Virus record (IMG/VR): IMGVR_UViG_3300027766_000001
Origin: a virus
Taxonomy: Duplodnaviria; Caudoviricetes
Length of the DNA: 64,000 bases
Direction: 5' to 3' (one strand)
The translations under genes were made by a program, and so were the position numbers. Of this stretch, positions 49,670 through 60,600 are shown in pieces (positions within the stretch are counted from its first letter, which is position 1; each line of letters begins with the position of its first letter). A model generated the notes under the pieces. The model did no database searches. It saw only the letters and a program-made list of their open reading frames with translations, and had not been told where the DNA came from.

Positions 49670-50491
49670 ATGAGCTTACAGAACATCGTGCATAAACGCA
49701 TCAATGATCTGATGGCACCGGCGTTTAACAAAGCGTTTGGCACCAGCCTGAAGATCACTGACTTTGACTTTATCTCTGTTGCTCCGGCAACGGGTGCAGT
49801 CAAGAACACCACCGGTATTGTGCGGGCCACTGAAAGCTCGAAAGCATACACCGGTCAGCGTCTGGTGAAGTACGATCGCCTCGATGCCACCGAACTGTTT
49901 TACGGTATTCCTAAGTTCATTGAACTGGGTGCCAGTCAGATCGATGAGTATGCGGTGGTCGGTTACCTGGCGCAGCGCTATGGCCTGGACATTAACGTGG
50001 CACACATTGCCTCGGTAACGTTGGGACAGGGTTATGCAGAGATTGCTTTTGCAGACAACTCGCCAATCATCCAAGGCAAAGTGCGCTTCAATTACTACCT
50101 CTCTTCTATCGACCTGAATGAGCTGATTGTGGATCCTGTGGTGGGTGGTATTCAAACCCCAGAGATCGGCAGTCAAGCCAACATCAGCATCTACTCTTAT
50201 CCGTTAGATTTGACATTTGTCAAGTATGACATAGAGGACGATGTCGTCGGTAGCAATGCACCTGCAGCGCTGGCCGAAGTTTTAAGTGCAGTGACAGGGG
50301 ATCCGTGGGTTATTTCCGCACAGTCAGGTGACTTTAACCTGGGTGAGGCGAAGCTGGTGTTCCAGGGCTTGAGCTCTGAGGCAAACAGCAAAGGCTATCC
50401 AGCCAACACCCACTTCCCGAAATGCGCGGTTTACCGCCTGTCTAACCTTTGCACGAACTTCACCGGTCTGTTGCTGGTCAACCTGTATTAA
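49670..50491 (+). CDS. baseplate/fibre adaptor paralog
   Basis: 273 aa; GQRLVKYDRLD and LAEVLSAVTGDPW. Confidence 0.7.
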   Translation: MSLQNIVHKRINDLMAPAFNKAFGTSLKITDFDFISVAPATGAVKNTTGIVRATESSKAYTGQRLVKYDRLDATELFYGIPKFIELGASQIDEYAVVGYLAQRYGLDINVAHIASVTLGQGYAEIAFADNSPIIQGKVRFNYYLSSIDLNELIVDPVVGGIQTPEIGSQANISIYSYPLDLTFVKYDIEDDVVGSNAPAALAEVLSAVTGDPWVISAQSGDFNLGEAKLVFQGLSSEANSKGYPANTHFPKCAVYRLSNLCTNFTGLLLVNLY

Positions 50492-50506
50492 AAAGGATTG
50501 CTATAA

Positions 50507-51391
50507 ATGAAACGTAACGTCCGCACTATTTACGGTAACATGCTGCAGGTTGCTAACCAGCTCGGTATCCCTCACCGTATTCTGGAGCGCTCCACCCTGA
50601 ACGAGAAGTTCGGGATGCTGGCGGGCACCACACCACCGAGCAGCACCAACCCCAAAGCCCAGTACTTCGTGATTGGCTACGGCGGTCACTTAGGTTACAT
50701 CGGCTCTAACGGCACGTACCTGTCAACAGCCATCGATCACCAACCGGATCATGCTGCACTGTACAAACACATTCCGTTTGTTCTGCGTGAACCGGGCAGT
50801 GACCTGTCTGCTGATCAGCGTGACAAGTATCGTCTGCGCACCATCTGGACCGATCCGGATACCGGTAAGAAATACATCTCTTACTGGGCGAAGGTTCTCA
50901 GCCTGGCGAACGTCGTGGTGCAGTCTAAGAAGACCGTACGTGATCCGGTAACTGGTGCCCTGGTACCAAGCGATTGGGCACCGGATTCTAACGCACTGAA
51001 CCCGAAACCGCCAACGCTTGACACCAACAACCTGGACAGCGTCGTGACATCTTCTTCGTTCTTCTCGGCAAACGCTGAGTTGGACCTGAGTCTGACGGCA
51101 CTGGATTGTACTGAGCTGCTGAACGTCGCCCGTATCATGTTCAAAGATGAAGCGTATGCGCTGGTCTCTGAATACGGTATCGTCTCCGGCGTGGATCAGG
51201 TGAATACCGGTGACAACGGCCTGGGTGGTACTATTCAGTACAAAGAGATCATCGGGGCACAGATCAACAACTTCATGACCAACCGCGGTGCGGCTGCAGA
51301 TGACTCTGATACCGGCATCGAATGTCTGGTGAACTACGGCGCGACCGAAGCCCTGGTTGCGGATAACGCCGTTAACGCCACAACACTGTAA
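50507..51391 (+). CDS. conserved virion structural protein (phiKZ gp139-like)
   Basis: 294 aa; RTIYGNML, YFVIGYGGH, HIPFVLRE and SEYGIVSGVD motifs recalled from phiKZ-like phages. Confidence 0.65.
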   Translation: MKRNVRTIYGNMLQVANQLGIPHRILERSTLNEKFGMLAGTTPPSSTNPKAQYFVIGYGGHLGYIGSNGTYLSTAIDHQPDHAALYKHIPFVLREPGSDLSADQRDKYRLRTIWTDPDTGKKYISYWAKVLSLANVVVQSKKTVRDPVTGALVPSDWAPDSNALNPKPPTLDTNNLDSVVTSSSFFSANAELDLSLTALDCTELLNVARIMFKDEAYALVSEYGIVSGVDQVNTGDNGLGGTIQYKEIIGAQINNFMTNRGAAADDSDTGIECLVNYGATEALVADNAVNATTL

Positions 51392-51407
51392 AGGGTGAAG
51401 GTCTCGG

Positions 51408-52244
51408 ATGAATATCTTTGATAAGAACCGTGAGACGTTGCTGTTCGACTTAATTGAAGAACACAACAAGATCACCATCAATCGGCAATACGCGGTACTG
51501 GCCAAATGGACCAACGGCACCGGGGTCAACGGCGTAGATGCTACAGTCGATGTGGAGTCCAACGACCCCACCTTCTATTACAACGTTAAACGTATCAGCT
51601 ACAGCAAGCTGGACCTCAATAACGAGTTCAAGTTACTGAACCCGAAACTGAAGTTCACCGCAACGGATACCAGTCACTCACTGCTCTCAGCGATCAATGC
51701 CAAATATGGCTTGCTCCTGACCACTGATGACATCCAGCTGACACAGGTCAACACCGCGGTCACGCCGTGGCAGTTCTACCTGCGGGCGAAAGCTGATTCA
51801 CCAATTGTCAAAAGCAATGTGCAAGGTGTGCTGTTTACCCTGGATGACAAGAACAACTACCTGAAAGATACCTTGAAGGTGTTGAAGTTAACCGGGCTGA
51901 ATCCACCGTCGTCTGACCTGGCTCGCATTCAGGGCCCGTTCATGACGTACCCGGCATTCAGTGCAGACAACGCCGCACTTGCGCGTTACATCGCAGGTTA
52001 CCAGATGACCACTCCCTCCAGTGACGACTGGGCGGTTGCTGACATTCTGTCAACAGTCACTGGCGAGACCTGGGGTTTTAGTCAGAGCAACTACACCTTA
52101 TACGGTGCGACGGTGTTGTTCAACGGCTTGACCTCTGTGGCGCGCAGCAACGGGTTCCATGTGAATACAGAACACACGTACGTGTTACTGTTGCAATGTG
52201 GGTCCGTGGGCAAAGTAGGTGGCTACGTAATGGTGCACTACTAA
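51408..52244 (+). CDS. baseplate/fibre adaptor paralog
   Basis: 278 aa; ISYSKLDL, INAKYGLLL, VADILSTVTGETW and YTLYGATVLFNG. Confidence 0.7.
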   Translation: MNIFDKNRETLLFDLIEEHNKITINRQYAVLAKWTNGTGVNGVDATVDVESNDPTFYYNVKRISYSKLDLNNEFKLLNPKLKFTATDTSHSLLSAINAKYGLLLTTDDIQLTQVNTAVTPWQFYLRAKADSPIVKSNVQGVLFTLDDKNNYLKDTLKVLKLTGLNPPSSDLARIQGPFMTYPAFSADNAALARYIAGYQMTTPSSDDWAVADILSTVTGETWGFSQSNYTLYGATVLFNGLTSVARSNGFHVNTEHTYVLLLQCGSVGKVGGYVMVHY

Positions 52245-52254
52245 AAATGGTGTA

Positions 52255-52270
52255 GTGGGGCTCGCCCCAC
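52255..52270 (+). terminator. short GC-rich hairpin at the end of the adaptor operon
   Basis: GTGGGG-CTCG-CCCCAC; no U-tract, so the terminator role is uncertain. Confidence 0.4.
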
Positions 52271-52287
52271 TCACTAAGTGAGGCGGT

Positions 52288-52902
52288 ATGGTTTTTCATG
52301 ATGGACGTCCCGTGGAACCGCTACGGGTGGTCAGTATCGACCCCGGTACCGAAACCATGGGGATTGCGTTATTGGGGTTGCATCCAATAACCCTGGAGCA
52401 GTCGTACATCGAAGCCTTCACTATGCGTGGGTCGGTGGTTAACTACTACTGGGGAAATGTGTTGCATGATGGCGATGGGCGTGACTCACGTCTGTTGGGA
52501 TTAGAAGGGCAGTTGTTGAATTATTTCCTGCGTGTGCAACCGCACATCGTGGTGTATGAAGATAACTACCTGGGCGCGTCCCCACAGTCGTATAAAGCGC
52601 TGATTGAAGCCTGCATGTGCATTAAGCACGCGATCTGGAAATACAACCCGTACTTGGCATCTTACACGGTGAAACCCAACCAGGCGAAATCCACGGTAGG
52701 GGCGATTCCGAAAAAGGGGATGTCCAAGGACGAGCGAAAAGAATTGGTGCGCCAAGGTCTGCTGCGCTATCAGCCACTACAGGTTCCCAGAGAGATTCTC
52801 CTGGCTTTGGACGAACACTCAGTGGATGCGGTAGCCATCGGAGCGTATGCACTGGAAGAGCTTAGCAGAGAGCTTCTGCTGGGCCAATGGAGAACACCAT
52901 GA
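52288..52902 (+). CDS. ruvC: RuvC-like Holliday junction resolvase
   Basis: SIDPGTETMG, VVYED, SKD and DEHSVDAVAIG catalytic motifs. Confidence 0.9.
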   Translation: MVFHDGRPVEPLRVVSIDPGTETMGIALLGLHPITLEQSYIEAFTMRGSVVNYYWGNVLHDGDGRDSRLLGLEGQLLNYFLRVQPHIVVYEDNYLGASPQSYKALIEACMCIKHAIWKYNPYLASYTVKPNQAKSTVGAIPKKGMSKDERKELVRQGLLRYQPLQVPREILLALDEHSVDAVAIGAYALEELSRELLLGQWRTP

Positions 52903-53291
52903 CTGATTCAACGGTTAAACCGGTTGATGCAGTGGTGGATGCAGATGAGAAAGTGTTGGACGCGTTACATGGTACATCCCACAGCCTTGCCTCGAAAGCG
53001 ATGGTACTCTGCGGGATGATGTCTGGTTTCACGGTCAATGCGTGTGCGCTGATGTTCTTTGTGATGTGTCTTATTCATGTGATACGCAACGGTGCCTGGC
53101 CGCCTAATGTGGGCTGGGGAATCACCTCTGTGATGTTAGCAGGTCCAGTACTGACCAACTGGCAGTTCATGGGTGTACGCAAGATTCTGACAGCGATCTT
53201 CTCCGAGCACAACTCGATGGGGTCCATTGTCAAAGAAGTGGTTGTCAGACGCATGGGTGGTACACCGCCTACTCCGCCTCCACAGCAGTAA
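52899..53291 (+). CDS. holin-like membrane protein
   Basis: ATG at 52899 (ATGA overlap with ruvC, GGAG RBS); 130 aa with 2-3 hydrophobic segments; converges on the spanin pair. Confidence 0.5.
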   Translation: MTDSTVKPVDAVVDADEKVLDALHGTSHSLASKAMVLCGMMSGFTVNACALMFFVMCLIHVIRNGAWPPNVGWGITSVMLAGPVLTNWQFMGVRKILTAIFSEHNSMGSIVKEVVVRRMGGTPPTPPPQQ

Positions 53292-53292
53292 T

Positions 53293-53343
53293 CGGCATAA
53301 AGGAACCCTGGGGCCGCTCACGCAGTCCCAGGGTTTTATGCCG
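53293..53343. terminator. bidirectional terminator with perfect CGGCATAA...TTATGCCG flanks
   Basis: AACCCTGGG/CCCAGGGTT stem between convergent genes. Confidence 0.85.
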
Positions 53344-53348
53344 GCTTG

Positions 53349-53801
53349 TTATTTAGGTGAGACCACACTGACCTGATTGCTCTGGTCGATGGCTTTCAAC
53401 AATCCCTTGGTATATTGCAGCAACGTGTTGTAGCGCTCTGCCTGATTATCACCGTCCAATCCAATCTTAATCAGAAAGAGACTGTAGTCATCGGGCAGCA
53501 CGTACTCGTTGTAATCCACGTTGTTGTAACTCGTTACCACCGGGCTTACGGTTGTCGTCACTTGCGTCGGTGTGGCTGCAGGCTTCGACGTATCCACCGC
53601 ATTGAACTGCGTGAGAAGACGTGAACTGAAGTCCGCTTTCGCAGGGCTGTCCAGACTGGCTGGAATTCCCTGCACCACAATCCGCTTAGCGTCCAGGGTT
53701 TGCTGGATAAGGGACGGGGCTGGTGTGACCTGCTGGCTGTTTGATTGACAACCGCACAGAACCATTACTAACCCCACGAGCAAGCCGAGCCGCTTCAGCA
53801 T
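53349..53801 (-). CDS. outer-membrane spanin lipoprotein (Rz1-like)
   Basis: ATG at 53801: MLKRLGLLVGLVMVLCG|C lipoprotein signal; begins inside the 3' end of the i-spanin in another frame. Confidence 0.75.
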   Translation of the reverse strand: MLKRLGLLVGLVMVLCGCQSNSQQVTPAPSLIQQTLDAKRIVVQGIPASLDSPAKADFSSRLLTQFNAVDTSKPAATPTQVTTTVSPVVTSYNNVDYNEYVLPDDYSLFLIKIGLDGDNQAERYNTLLQYTKGLLKAIDQSNQVSVVSPK

Positions 53802-54099
53802 CGTTAGTTGCTTTACGCTGTTCATAATCTGCATCCAATTTCTGCGTGAGTGCCATTTGCGATTTGGAGATATCCAGCATCTGGTTAGACACATTGGCAA
53901 GGTCCGAGAGCTGACCACGAATGGCCTTTAACTCGATCCCGTTTTGCTCGGTAACTTCTGATAACTTACCCAGTTCCTTGCCTGTGCTAAACAGTGCGTG
54001 AACAACCCACACAATAGCAACAACAAATACGATCTTTTGCCAGTTACCTAACAGGCTACTCAATCCGCCGGTGAGCAACGACTTTATACTAATGGCCAT
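53686..54099 (-). CDS. inner-membrane spanin (Rz-like)
   Basis: 137 aa; N-terminal transmembrane helix, coiled coil, and Rz-like LARGVSNGSVRLSI C-terminal motif. Confidence 0.75.
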   Translation of the reverse strand: MAISIKSLLTGGLSSLLGNWQKIVFVVAIVWVVHALFSTGKELGKLSEVTEQNGIELKAIRGQLSDLANVSNQMLDISKSQMALTQKLDADYEQRKATNDAEAARLARGVSNGSVRLSIKQPAGHTSPVPYPANPGR

Positions 54100-54108
54100 A
54101 GTCGATTC

Positions 54109-55338
54109 CTAAAAAGTGGTGATTTTAAACCAATAGGCCGTGGCATTCGTCCAAGGATCTGACATCAACGCGTAGTCGGTGATCAGCGCCTCGTTCTTAT
54201 AGCCCACGGTTGTGTTGAGTGCACCACGTTTCTTGAAATGGCTGGTTAGCAGACAGCAACGCGTCTCTCCGGGTCGCATTAACGGTTCAGCCAGAACACC
54301 GTTATTGAGCACCACAGGGACAGGCTCGTCATTGGGAACCGTGAACAAACCTGGCCAGGTATGGCGTTCTAACGGAACCAGTTCAAGATACAACAACGGA
54401 TTGTCAAAGACTACCCAGAAGCTCTGCGATAATAGCAGCCATGCCTTGTAAAAGGCTTCACTCGTCAATACGTGGTTGGCCATCACGTACGGCGAGTCCG
54501 GGTTGATATCAGCAGGGATACTGCTCAGATCAATGTAGTCACGGTCATAGAAGAACCGCTCTACCCAGTCGATGCGACCCGTTAAGAGGTTTGCCGTGGT
54601 ATCACTGATGAGTTGCAACACATCCTCTTGCCAATACATGACCCCGCCTATCACCAATGCCACCGATTTCCCCTTGGCATTGAATGGCAGTTTCAGCATC
54701 ATTTGCTCCTGGTACGAGGAGTAGGTGTCCGCTGCAACGAAGTCACCGTCACTGATCGGATAGATGCTGAGCGTGGAGAGATTATTAAAGGTCAAGACGC
54801 CTGTGTTGACTTCTGACGCTAAACGTGCATTGCGACACGCACCAAGCAAGTAGATACCATCATCGGTATGTACAGAACGGTGCACGTAACCATTAACCGT
54901 GAACAAGCCACGGTCAAATAGCGTCTGGTAATCGACCCCCTGTTTAGTGATTAACAGGTCTTCGGCATCTGCGAAGGTAAAGTCGACGTCGGGATGGGAT
55001 CTGATGAGTGTTGGCTTTTGTTTAAAGTCCCACGCATTCAGATTTGAGAACTTGGCGTGTCGCTCAACCAAGTTCGGGAGGGTATCCGTTGTGGTCAGTG
55101 CGCGAGTGCCCAGTGAGGCAAACCACTGACCGATAGTGCCCGTGAACCCGACCAGCTCAGCATAATAGTCTTGCAGGCGCAGGCAGGCTTTCTGTGGACG
55201 GAAGGTGTTGGTGACGATCACCCGGTTTTCCGTGTAGTTACGAACCACGTCCGCCACCTGTAGCGCGGAAATGTCATCGTTGACCAAACGTGGACGTGAG
55301 CCTTTCGTCTGGGAGATACAGGCGACATACTGGTACAT
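54109..55338 (-). CDS. conserved virion structural protein
   Basis: 409 aa, AAGGA RBS; LFTVNGYVH and VIGGVMYW motifs recalled from phiKZ-like virion proteins. Confidence 0.6.
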   Translation of the reverse strand: MYQYVACISQTKGSRPRLVNDDISALQVADVVRNYTENRVIVTNTFRPQKACLRLQDYYAELVGFTGTIGQWFASLGTRALTTTDTLPNLVERHAKFSNLNAWDFKQKPTLIRSHPDVDFTFADAEDLLITKQGVDYQTLFDRGLFTVNGYVHRSVHTDDGIYLLGACRNARLASEVNTGVLTFNNLSTLSIYPISDGDFVAADTYSSYQEQMMLKLPFNAKGKSVALVIGGVMYWQEDVLQLISDTTANLLTGRIDWVERFFYDRDYIDLSSIPADINPDSPYVMANHVLTSEAFYKAWLLLSQSFWVVFDNPLLYLELVPLERHTWPGLFTVPNDEPVPVVLNNGVLAEPLMRPGETRCCLLTSHFKKRGALNTTVGYKNEALITDYALMSDPWTNATAYWFKITTF

Positions 55339-55414
55339 AAACCGTCCTTAATGAAATTCAATCATATGTGTTCGTTACTTAATGTAAGCTATAAAATATC
55401 TTGGGAGATCGGCC

Positions 55415-56386
55415 ATGGCTTCGATTAACTTGGGTGATGTTGTTTACCCATTCAACCCACTTGCTACTGAAGCGGGTTCAGCAATTACCGGGGAAGACTA
55501 CACGCTGACTCCGGCCAACGGAAAGAACTACGTCACCATTGTGCCACGTGCTGCGCCGTTCTTCCGTCAAGACGTGAAGATCATCAACGCGGCGACCGGT
55601 GCAGAATTGAAAGAAGACCGTGACTATACGTTCGGCTTCTTATATAACCAGTTCTCACAGTTGCTCTATAAGGGCCTGTACGGCTGTATCACGTTCCATA
55701 ACTTGTCAGCGCCTGTTGCTATCAAGTTAGACTACAAAACGCTGGGTAACCCGTTTGTGCTCGATGGTGCGGCGTATGCGCAGCTTGTTGCAAACATCGT
55801 CAACAACCCACGTGAGATCTTCTGGGAACAGATCGTTAACCCACCGGCGACTTATCCACCGCTGCCGCATATCCACCCTGCTGACCAGACCGTGGATTAC
55901 CTGCAATACATCGATGCGATGAAAGTGGGTCAGGCGGTTGTAATCAATGCCATCGCACAGTATATGAGCTCACTTAATGATCATAAAGATCAGAAGGGTA
56001 ACCTGCATGGCTTGACCACCTCGGATCTGGTGCTGGAGAAAGTCAAGAACTTCCCGATGGCGACTACCCTTGATCTGCCAGGGAACAACGACCAGGTGTA
56101 CATGAGTCAGCTGATGGCGAAGAAACTCTATCAGTACATGTTCACCGGCCTGCCGCTGGTAGCACTGGACAGCGCGGTGATTGGTGAGTTGATGACGGCC
56201 CGTGCGACTACCATGATCCTGAGCGACCTGTACGATGCGGCACTGATGCAATCGGATGAGCAGGCTAACTTTAAACTGTGGCAATCCTACGTGGGTGCCT
56301 TGATCGTGAAAGCCTGTAAAGGCACGACCACGGTTATCACTGCACCGGCACGTAACGGAATCTTTGCACGTTTACTGGGACAATAA
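55415..56386 (+). CDS. tail-fibre/baseplate paralog (N-domain only type)
   Basis: 323 aa; YPFNP.., WEQIVNPPATYPPLPHIH and NLHGLT..LEKVKNFPMAT shared with the next two genes. Confidence 0.65.
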   Translation: MASINLGDVVYPFNPLATEAGSAITGEDYTLTPANGKNYVTIVPRAAPFFRQDVKIINAATGAELKEDRDYTFGFLYNQFSQLLYKGLYGCITFHNLSAPVAIKLDYKTLGNPFVLDGAAYAQLVANIVNNPREIFWEQIVNPPATYPPLPHIHPADQTVDYLQYIDAMKVGQAVVINAIAQYMSSLNDHKDQKGNLHGLTTSDLVLEKVKNFPMATTLDLPGNNDQVYMSQLMAKKLYQYMFTGLPLVALDSAVIGELMTARATTMILSDLYDAALMQSDEQANFKLWQSYVGALIVKACKGTTTVITAPARNGIFARLLGQ

Positions 56387-56389
56387 CTT

Positions 56390-57640
56390 ATGGGCTTTGA
56401 TATCCTCCGTTTAACGTACGACTCCACTGGGGTCGCTACGGCAAACAAGATCACCGATGACTTGATCGAGCTCCCCGCCGTAACGATCAACCGTGCGATT
56501 GTGTTAAAGCACGGCTTGTTCTACGTTAAGTCGTTGGTATTAAAGAAAGAAGACGGGACGCCACTGGTGAAATGGGTGGATTACCGTCCAGTGGCACCGG
56601 CAACCAAGACCTTCCGTGACCTGCGCAAGAAATCCGGTAAAGACGTGGCCGGCTGGATCATGATCGACACCAAATACGAAGGACGTGTTATTGCGGAGTA
56701 CCAGGCGGTTGGACATTACATTGGGCTTGCGAACGAAGACCTGATTGATATCCTGACTGCCCTGGCCAATGACCGTCGTCCGTATTACTGGGAGAACATC
56801 AAAGACCTGCCTACGGCGTTCCCACCGGCGTACCATGTGCACAACGTGGCTGACTTCTATCACTGGCTCCCCGCGACCAAAGCGCTGCTGCGTTATGCGT
56901 CTGCACTGGAGAACCTGAGTGCGTTGCCAAACCTTGACGACTTCGTGCCCGTACTGAACACGTTGCGTGACACCATCACGGCCAACTATGAAACGTTCTT
57001 TACGAAGCTGCAGGATCACCGTCGGGTCTATTCAAACCCGCACAAAGAGGTCAGCACGGCAGTGCCAGATCTGAATCTGCTGAAGAACTACCCGATGGCA
57101 ACATTGTCGGAAGCCCTCAACGGAAACACGGGTCGGTATATGTCACCGTCGATTGCCTCTCAGGCTGCGTATCAAACGCTCTTGAAGAACGACAGTGGTG
57201 TGGTGCACATTGGTCGTGTGCCGATGCTGCAGTTTGGCGATCTGACCACGAACCCGATTTCTTACACCGCAACCGGGTTCCAGTTGAAGATCAATGAAAC
57301 AGTACCTGCCATCATGGCCTCTAAACAGTTCACCCTGCCAATCACCACGATTCGCTTGAGTGACTGGGTAGCCGCACCGGCGAACAAAACGCTCTTCCTT
57401 TATGTGCGTATTCGTAACGGTCAAGCGTCGTATGAAGTGGCATCTGCAGCATCTCCAGAAACCACCACGTACATCAACGTTGGGTCGATCACCACCAACG
57501 CAACCGCGATCACCAACGTTGCCATTAACAAATTGTCGGGTATCGGCACAACACGCGTTTCCCCGACCAAGATTGGCTCCGCTATTGCGGTTACCCAAGG
57601 TCTGCCGTCTAAGCCCGGCACCTATGCGTGGAAGCCGTAA
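56390..57640 (+). CDS. tail-fibre/baseplate paralog (N-domain plus C-domain)
   Basis: 416 aa; WENIKDLPTAFPPAYHVH, NPHK..NYPMAT and C-terminal APANKTLFLYV. Confidence 0.65.
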   Translation: MGFDILRLTYDSTGVATANKITDDLIELPAVTINRAIVLKHGLFYVKSLVLKKEDGTPLVKWVDYRPVAPATKTFRDLRKKSGKDVAGWIMIDTKYEGRVIAEYQAVGHYIGLANEDLIDILTALANDRRPYYWENIKDLPTAFPPAYHVHNVADFYHWLPATKALLRYASALENLSALPNLDDFVPVLNTLRDTITANYETFFTKLQDHRRVYSNPHKEVSTAVPDLNLLKNYPMATLSEALNGNTGRYMSPSIASQAAYQTLLKNDSGVVHIGRVPMLQFGDLTTNPISYTATGFQLKINETVPAIMASKQFTLPITTIRLSDWVAAPANKTLFLYVRIRNGQASYEVASAASPETTTYINVGSITTNATAITNVAINKLSGIGTTRVSPTKIGSAIAVTQGLPSKPGTYAWKP

Positions 57641-57657
57641 GCAAACAGGAGTGGTAA

Positions 57658-60600
57658 ATGAACACACCCAACGTAGAACGCTATCCGTTTGATTACACCG
57701 GCGAGGCGTTAACTAACCGTGTGGAGAATGAAGAGCACATCATTCCACCGGGGGATAAGAACAAAATCATTGCCTTGCTCGAAGGGTGTGCGTTTAGTGA
57801 CAGTATTAAGCTGCGCTACCCAAGCGGGGATTACCTGCGCCCCTGGATTGATTACCAGCCGGTTAACCTCTATCCGGAAGCCACCAAGGCCACGGCGGAG
57901 TCATGCACCGGGATGGTCATGATCCTCAATGAAGCTGCAGTGGGGAAACTCATTGCCGAGTATCAATTGGTGGGTGGTCAGTACGGTCATAACTCCATGG
58001 CAGTTGAAGACCTGCTCTGGGCGGCAACCAAAGATGAACGTCCGGTATTCTGGCCTGACATTCATGATCGCCCGTTGGTCTTCCCACCGTCACCGCACAC
58101 GCATGACATCTTTAACGAGACGTATGCCTGGGATGCGCGTATCACCCTGGTGGATTACTGGGTGGCATCAGTGCTGGAGAAAGCAGATACTGACCGTGTA
58201 GAAAGTATCTTGCGTGCCGTGGATGTCGTGGATGAATACCTGGCCATGCGTCACATGCATGCGATGGAGCTCTTAGAACAGCATGCGGATACGGAAGACG
58301 CGCACGTCACCACCAAAGCACAGCTGGGTCTGGATAAACTAGATAACCTGAGCAAGGCAACACTTGATCAGGCCCGTGCCGGCAATCGTGCTGATTTGCG
58401 GCTGACAGTAGAAGGTGCGTCCGCTATCCTGAGTGATGCCTTAGAGGACTACTCCAGTAACCTGATGAAACAGGGTATCTTACCCATCAGTCGCTGGGGT
58501 AACTTGACTTACCTGCAACCGGGTGTGTCGGGGTCGTTTGAAGGCGCTGCACAGTATCAGTCCCATGACCGCTTTGTTCAGATGGTGGAAGTGGACGGAA
58601 CGTTTGTGCGACTGCGTCCGGGGTCGAACGGTGTGGACGTCGGGGTTTATTACGACTACATGCCGAATGCGATCACTAATGCAGTCACGGCTGAGATGGT
58701 GTACACCAACAACAAGTACACCCCCGCAGCGCTGAACCAGGCATACATCCCAAACCAGCTGATGCAGTCAGACGGTAACGTCATGATGGGGATGATGGTT
58801 GAGAAGGCGGCACTGCCGGCTATCAACACCAAGTACTGGGTAGCTATCCTGAACGGAACGTTGGATCACACCAAGCATAACTGCGTGGAAGTGACGAACA
58901 CCCAGGTGACACTGTCAAACGGTAATAAGCTTGATATGAACGCACGTAACACCAGTGTGTTCCAGTTAGGCGATCGTCTGTATACGGTGACCGGCGCATG
59001 GGATCAGAGTAACTACCGCACACCGGGTTCGGCGGCACAGACTACCCGTTTGGAATGGGCAGTTTGTTACCTTGAGCTGGCAACGGTCCGTGCAAGTCAG
59101 ACGGCGAGCCTGACCCAGATCACCGGCATCACTACCAGCTCACTGGGTCGTTCACGTTCGGGTAACACCATTATTGTAGCAGACCAGATCGCCGGTTATC
59201 CGGGTGAAGACGGAATTGCACAGTATAACGGATCAAACAAAAGCTGGAACGCGATTGCACGTGGCTGGGCATCGCCTATTTTGCGCGCCGGCGTGAATAC
59301 TGATGGTACGGTTAACTTGACCGGTATGTTGGTGTACAACCAGAACAGCCCGAACAACTCGGGTACGGGTCAGTGGGGTTTTCGTCTGACCTTCAACCCA
59401 TCGAGTAAGCAGGCGGTGATGCAGGACAACCCGCAGAAGCACCAATGGTACGATGATGCAAGCGGGGAGATCACCGGTGTGCTTTACACCAATGGCTCAA
59501 ACCTGACGCTGCATAACGTGTCACTGCTTCCAAGTACTGATGGGTATTCCGATTACGTTACCAGCCCCTATCTGACGTACGACGGATACATCTTCACGTC
59601 AGTGCGACACGGTTCCTCTGGGCAGAACGCTACGTTCAACATTCACAAAGTTAATGGGTTTACTAACCGTGATGAAGTGAATGCGAACCCAGCGAAGTTC
59701 ACCTATACCTTGCTGCGTAACTTTGTTGACTTCCCGCCGTATGGGTCGAATAACAAAGGTCTGTTGCGTCACCCGCAATTGTTCCCGAATAACGTACTGT
59801 TCTATCACGGTAAAGAAACGGTGAACATGAACAGTGTGTCGTTGTATCAGCAATTGGTGGGATCGCCTACGTATGCGTATAAGCTCCTGCAAACCGGTTC
59901 AGTGACGGGGTATGCACCAACAAACACCCGAACCTACACCAATATCCCCAACCCTCTTCGTGAGATCATTACTGAGATTGCGACATCGGGTGCGGTCACG
60001 ACCCATTGCGCGTGTGCGGGTCAGTGGTCACCAACAGGTCCGTCAGATGTTCAACCTGATCTTTCTACCTCGGGTCAGGCGGATGTCGTGCTGAGCGAGC
60101 TGAACGCGCAGATCAACCGTGTGGTAGCTGCAGCTAACGTCGGGTTAAGTAACTATAAAGGTTCCTTGGTCATTCCGCGCAACGGCAGTATACCTTTGAT
60201 GCTGAAAATCTCGGGGATCTTACCCCCAGATGCCACCACAGGTGTGCGTTACAGTTATCACATTGTAACCACGGTGACTTACAACGGTGGACGCACCGGT
60301 ACGATCAGTGGCTGGTCAGCTAACCTGGATGACATGCAAGCTGGCATCGTTTATACCGGTACGTATGATCTCGGGGTTAACAACCAGATCTTTGGTCACC
60401 TGTTCTATCAGGATACCGATGGCGGGTGGTTGTTTGTATTGGGTGGCTTCTTGCAAACACAGACAGTGGGCCCCGGTGCACAGATTGTTCTGGCGTACGG
60501 TAAGGTGAACCCTAACGGTCGCATGGGCGGGAATGCCTTTAAGATCCGCGGTGAATCACCTTACGGTGACTTGGGTTCTCGCATCCCGATTGCGTTCCCA

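Noticed and set aside
50723-51571. 282-aa minus-strand ORF
   Set aside because: Antisense to a well-supported, codon-biased virion gene.
53802-53918. 39-aa N-terminal extension of the o-spanin in the ORF track
   Set aside because: The lipoprotein signal must be N-terminal; the ATG at 53801 gives a canonical signal peptide.
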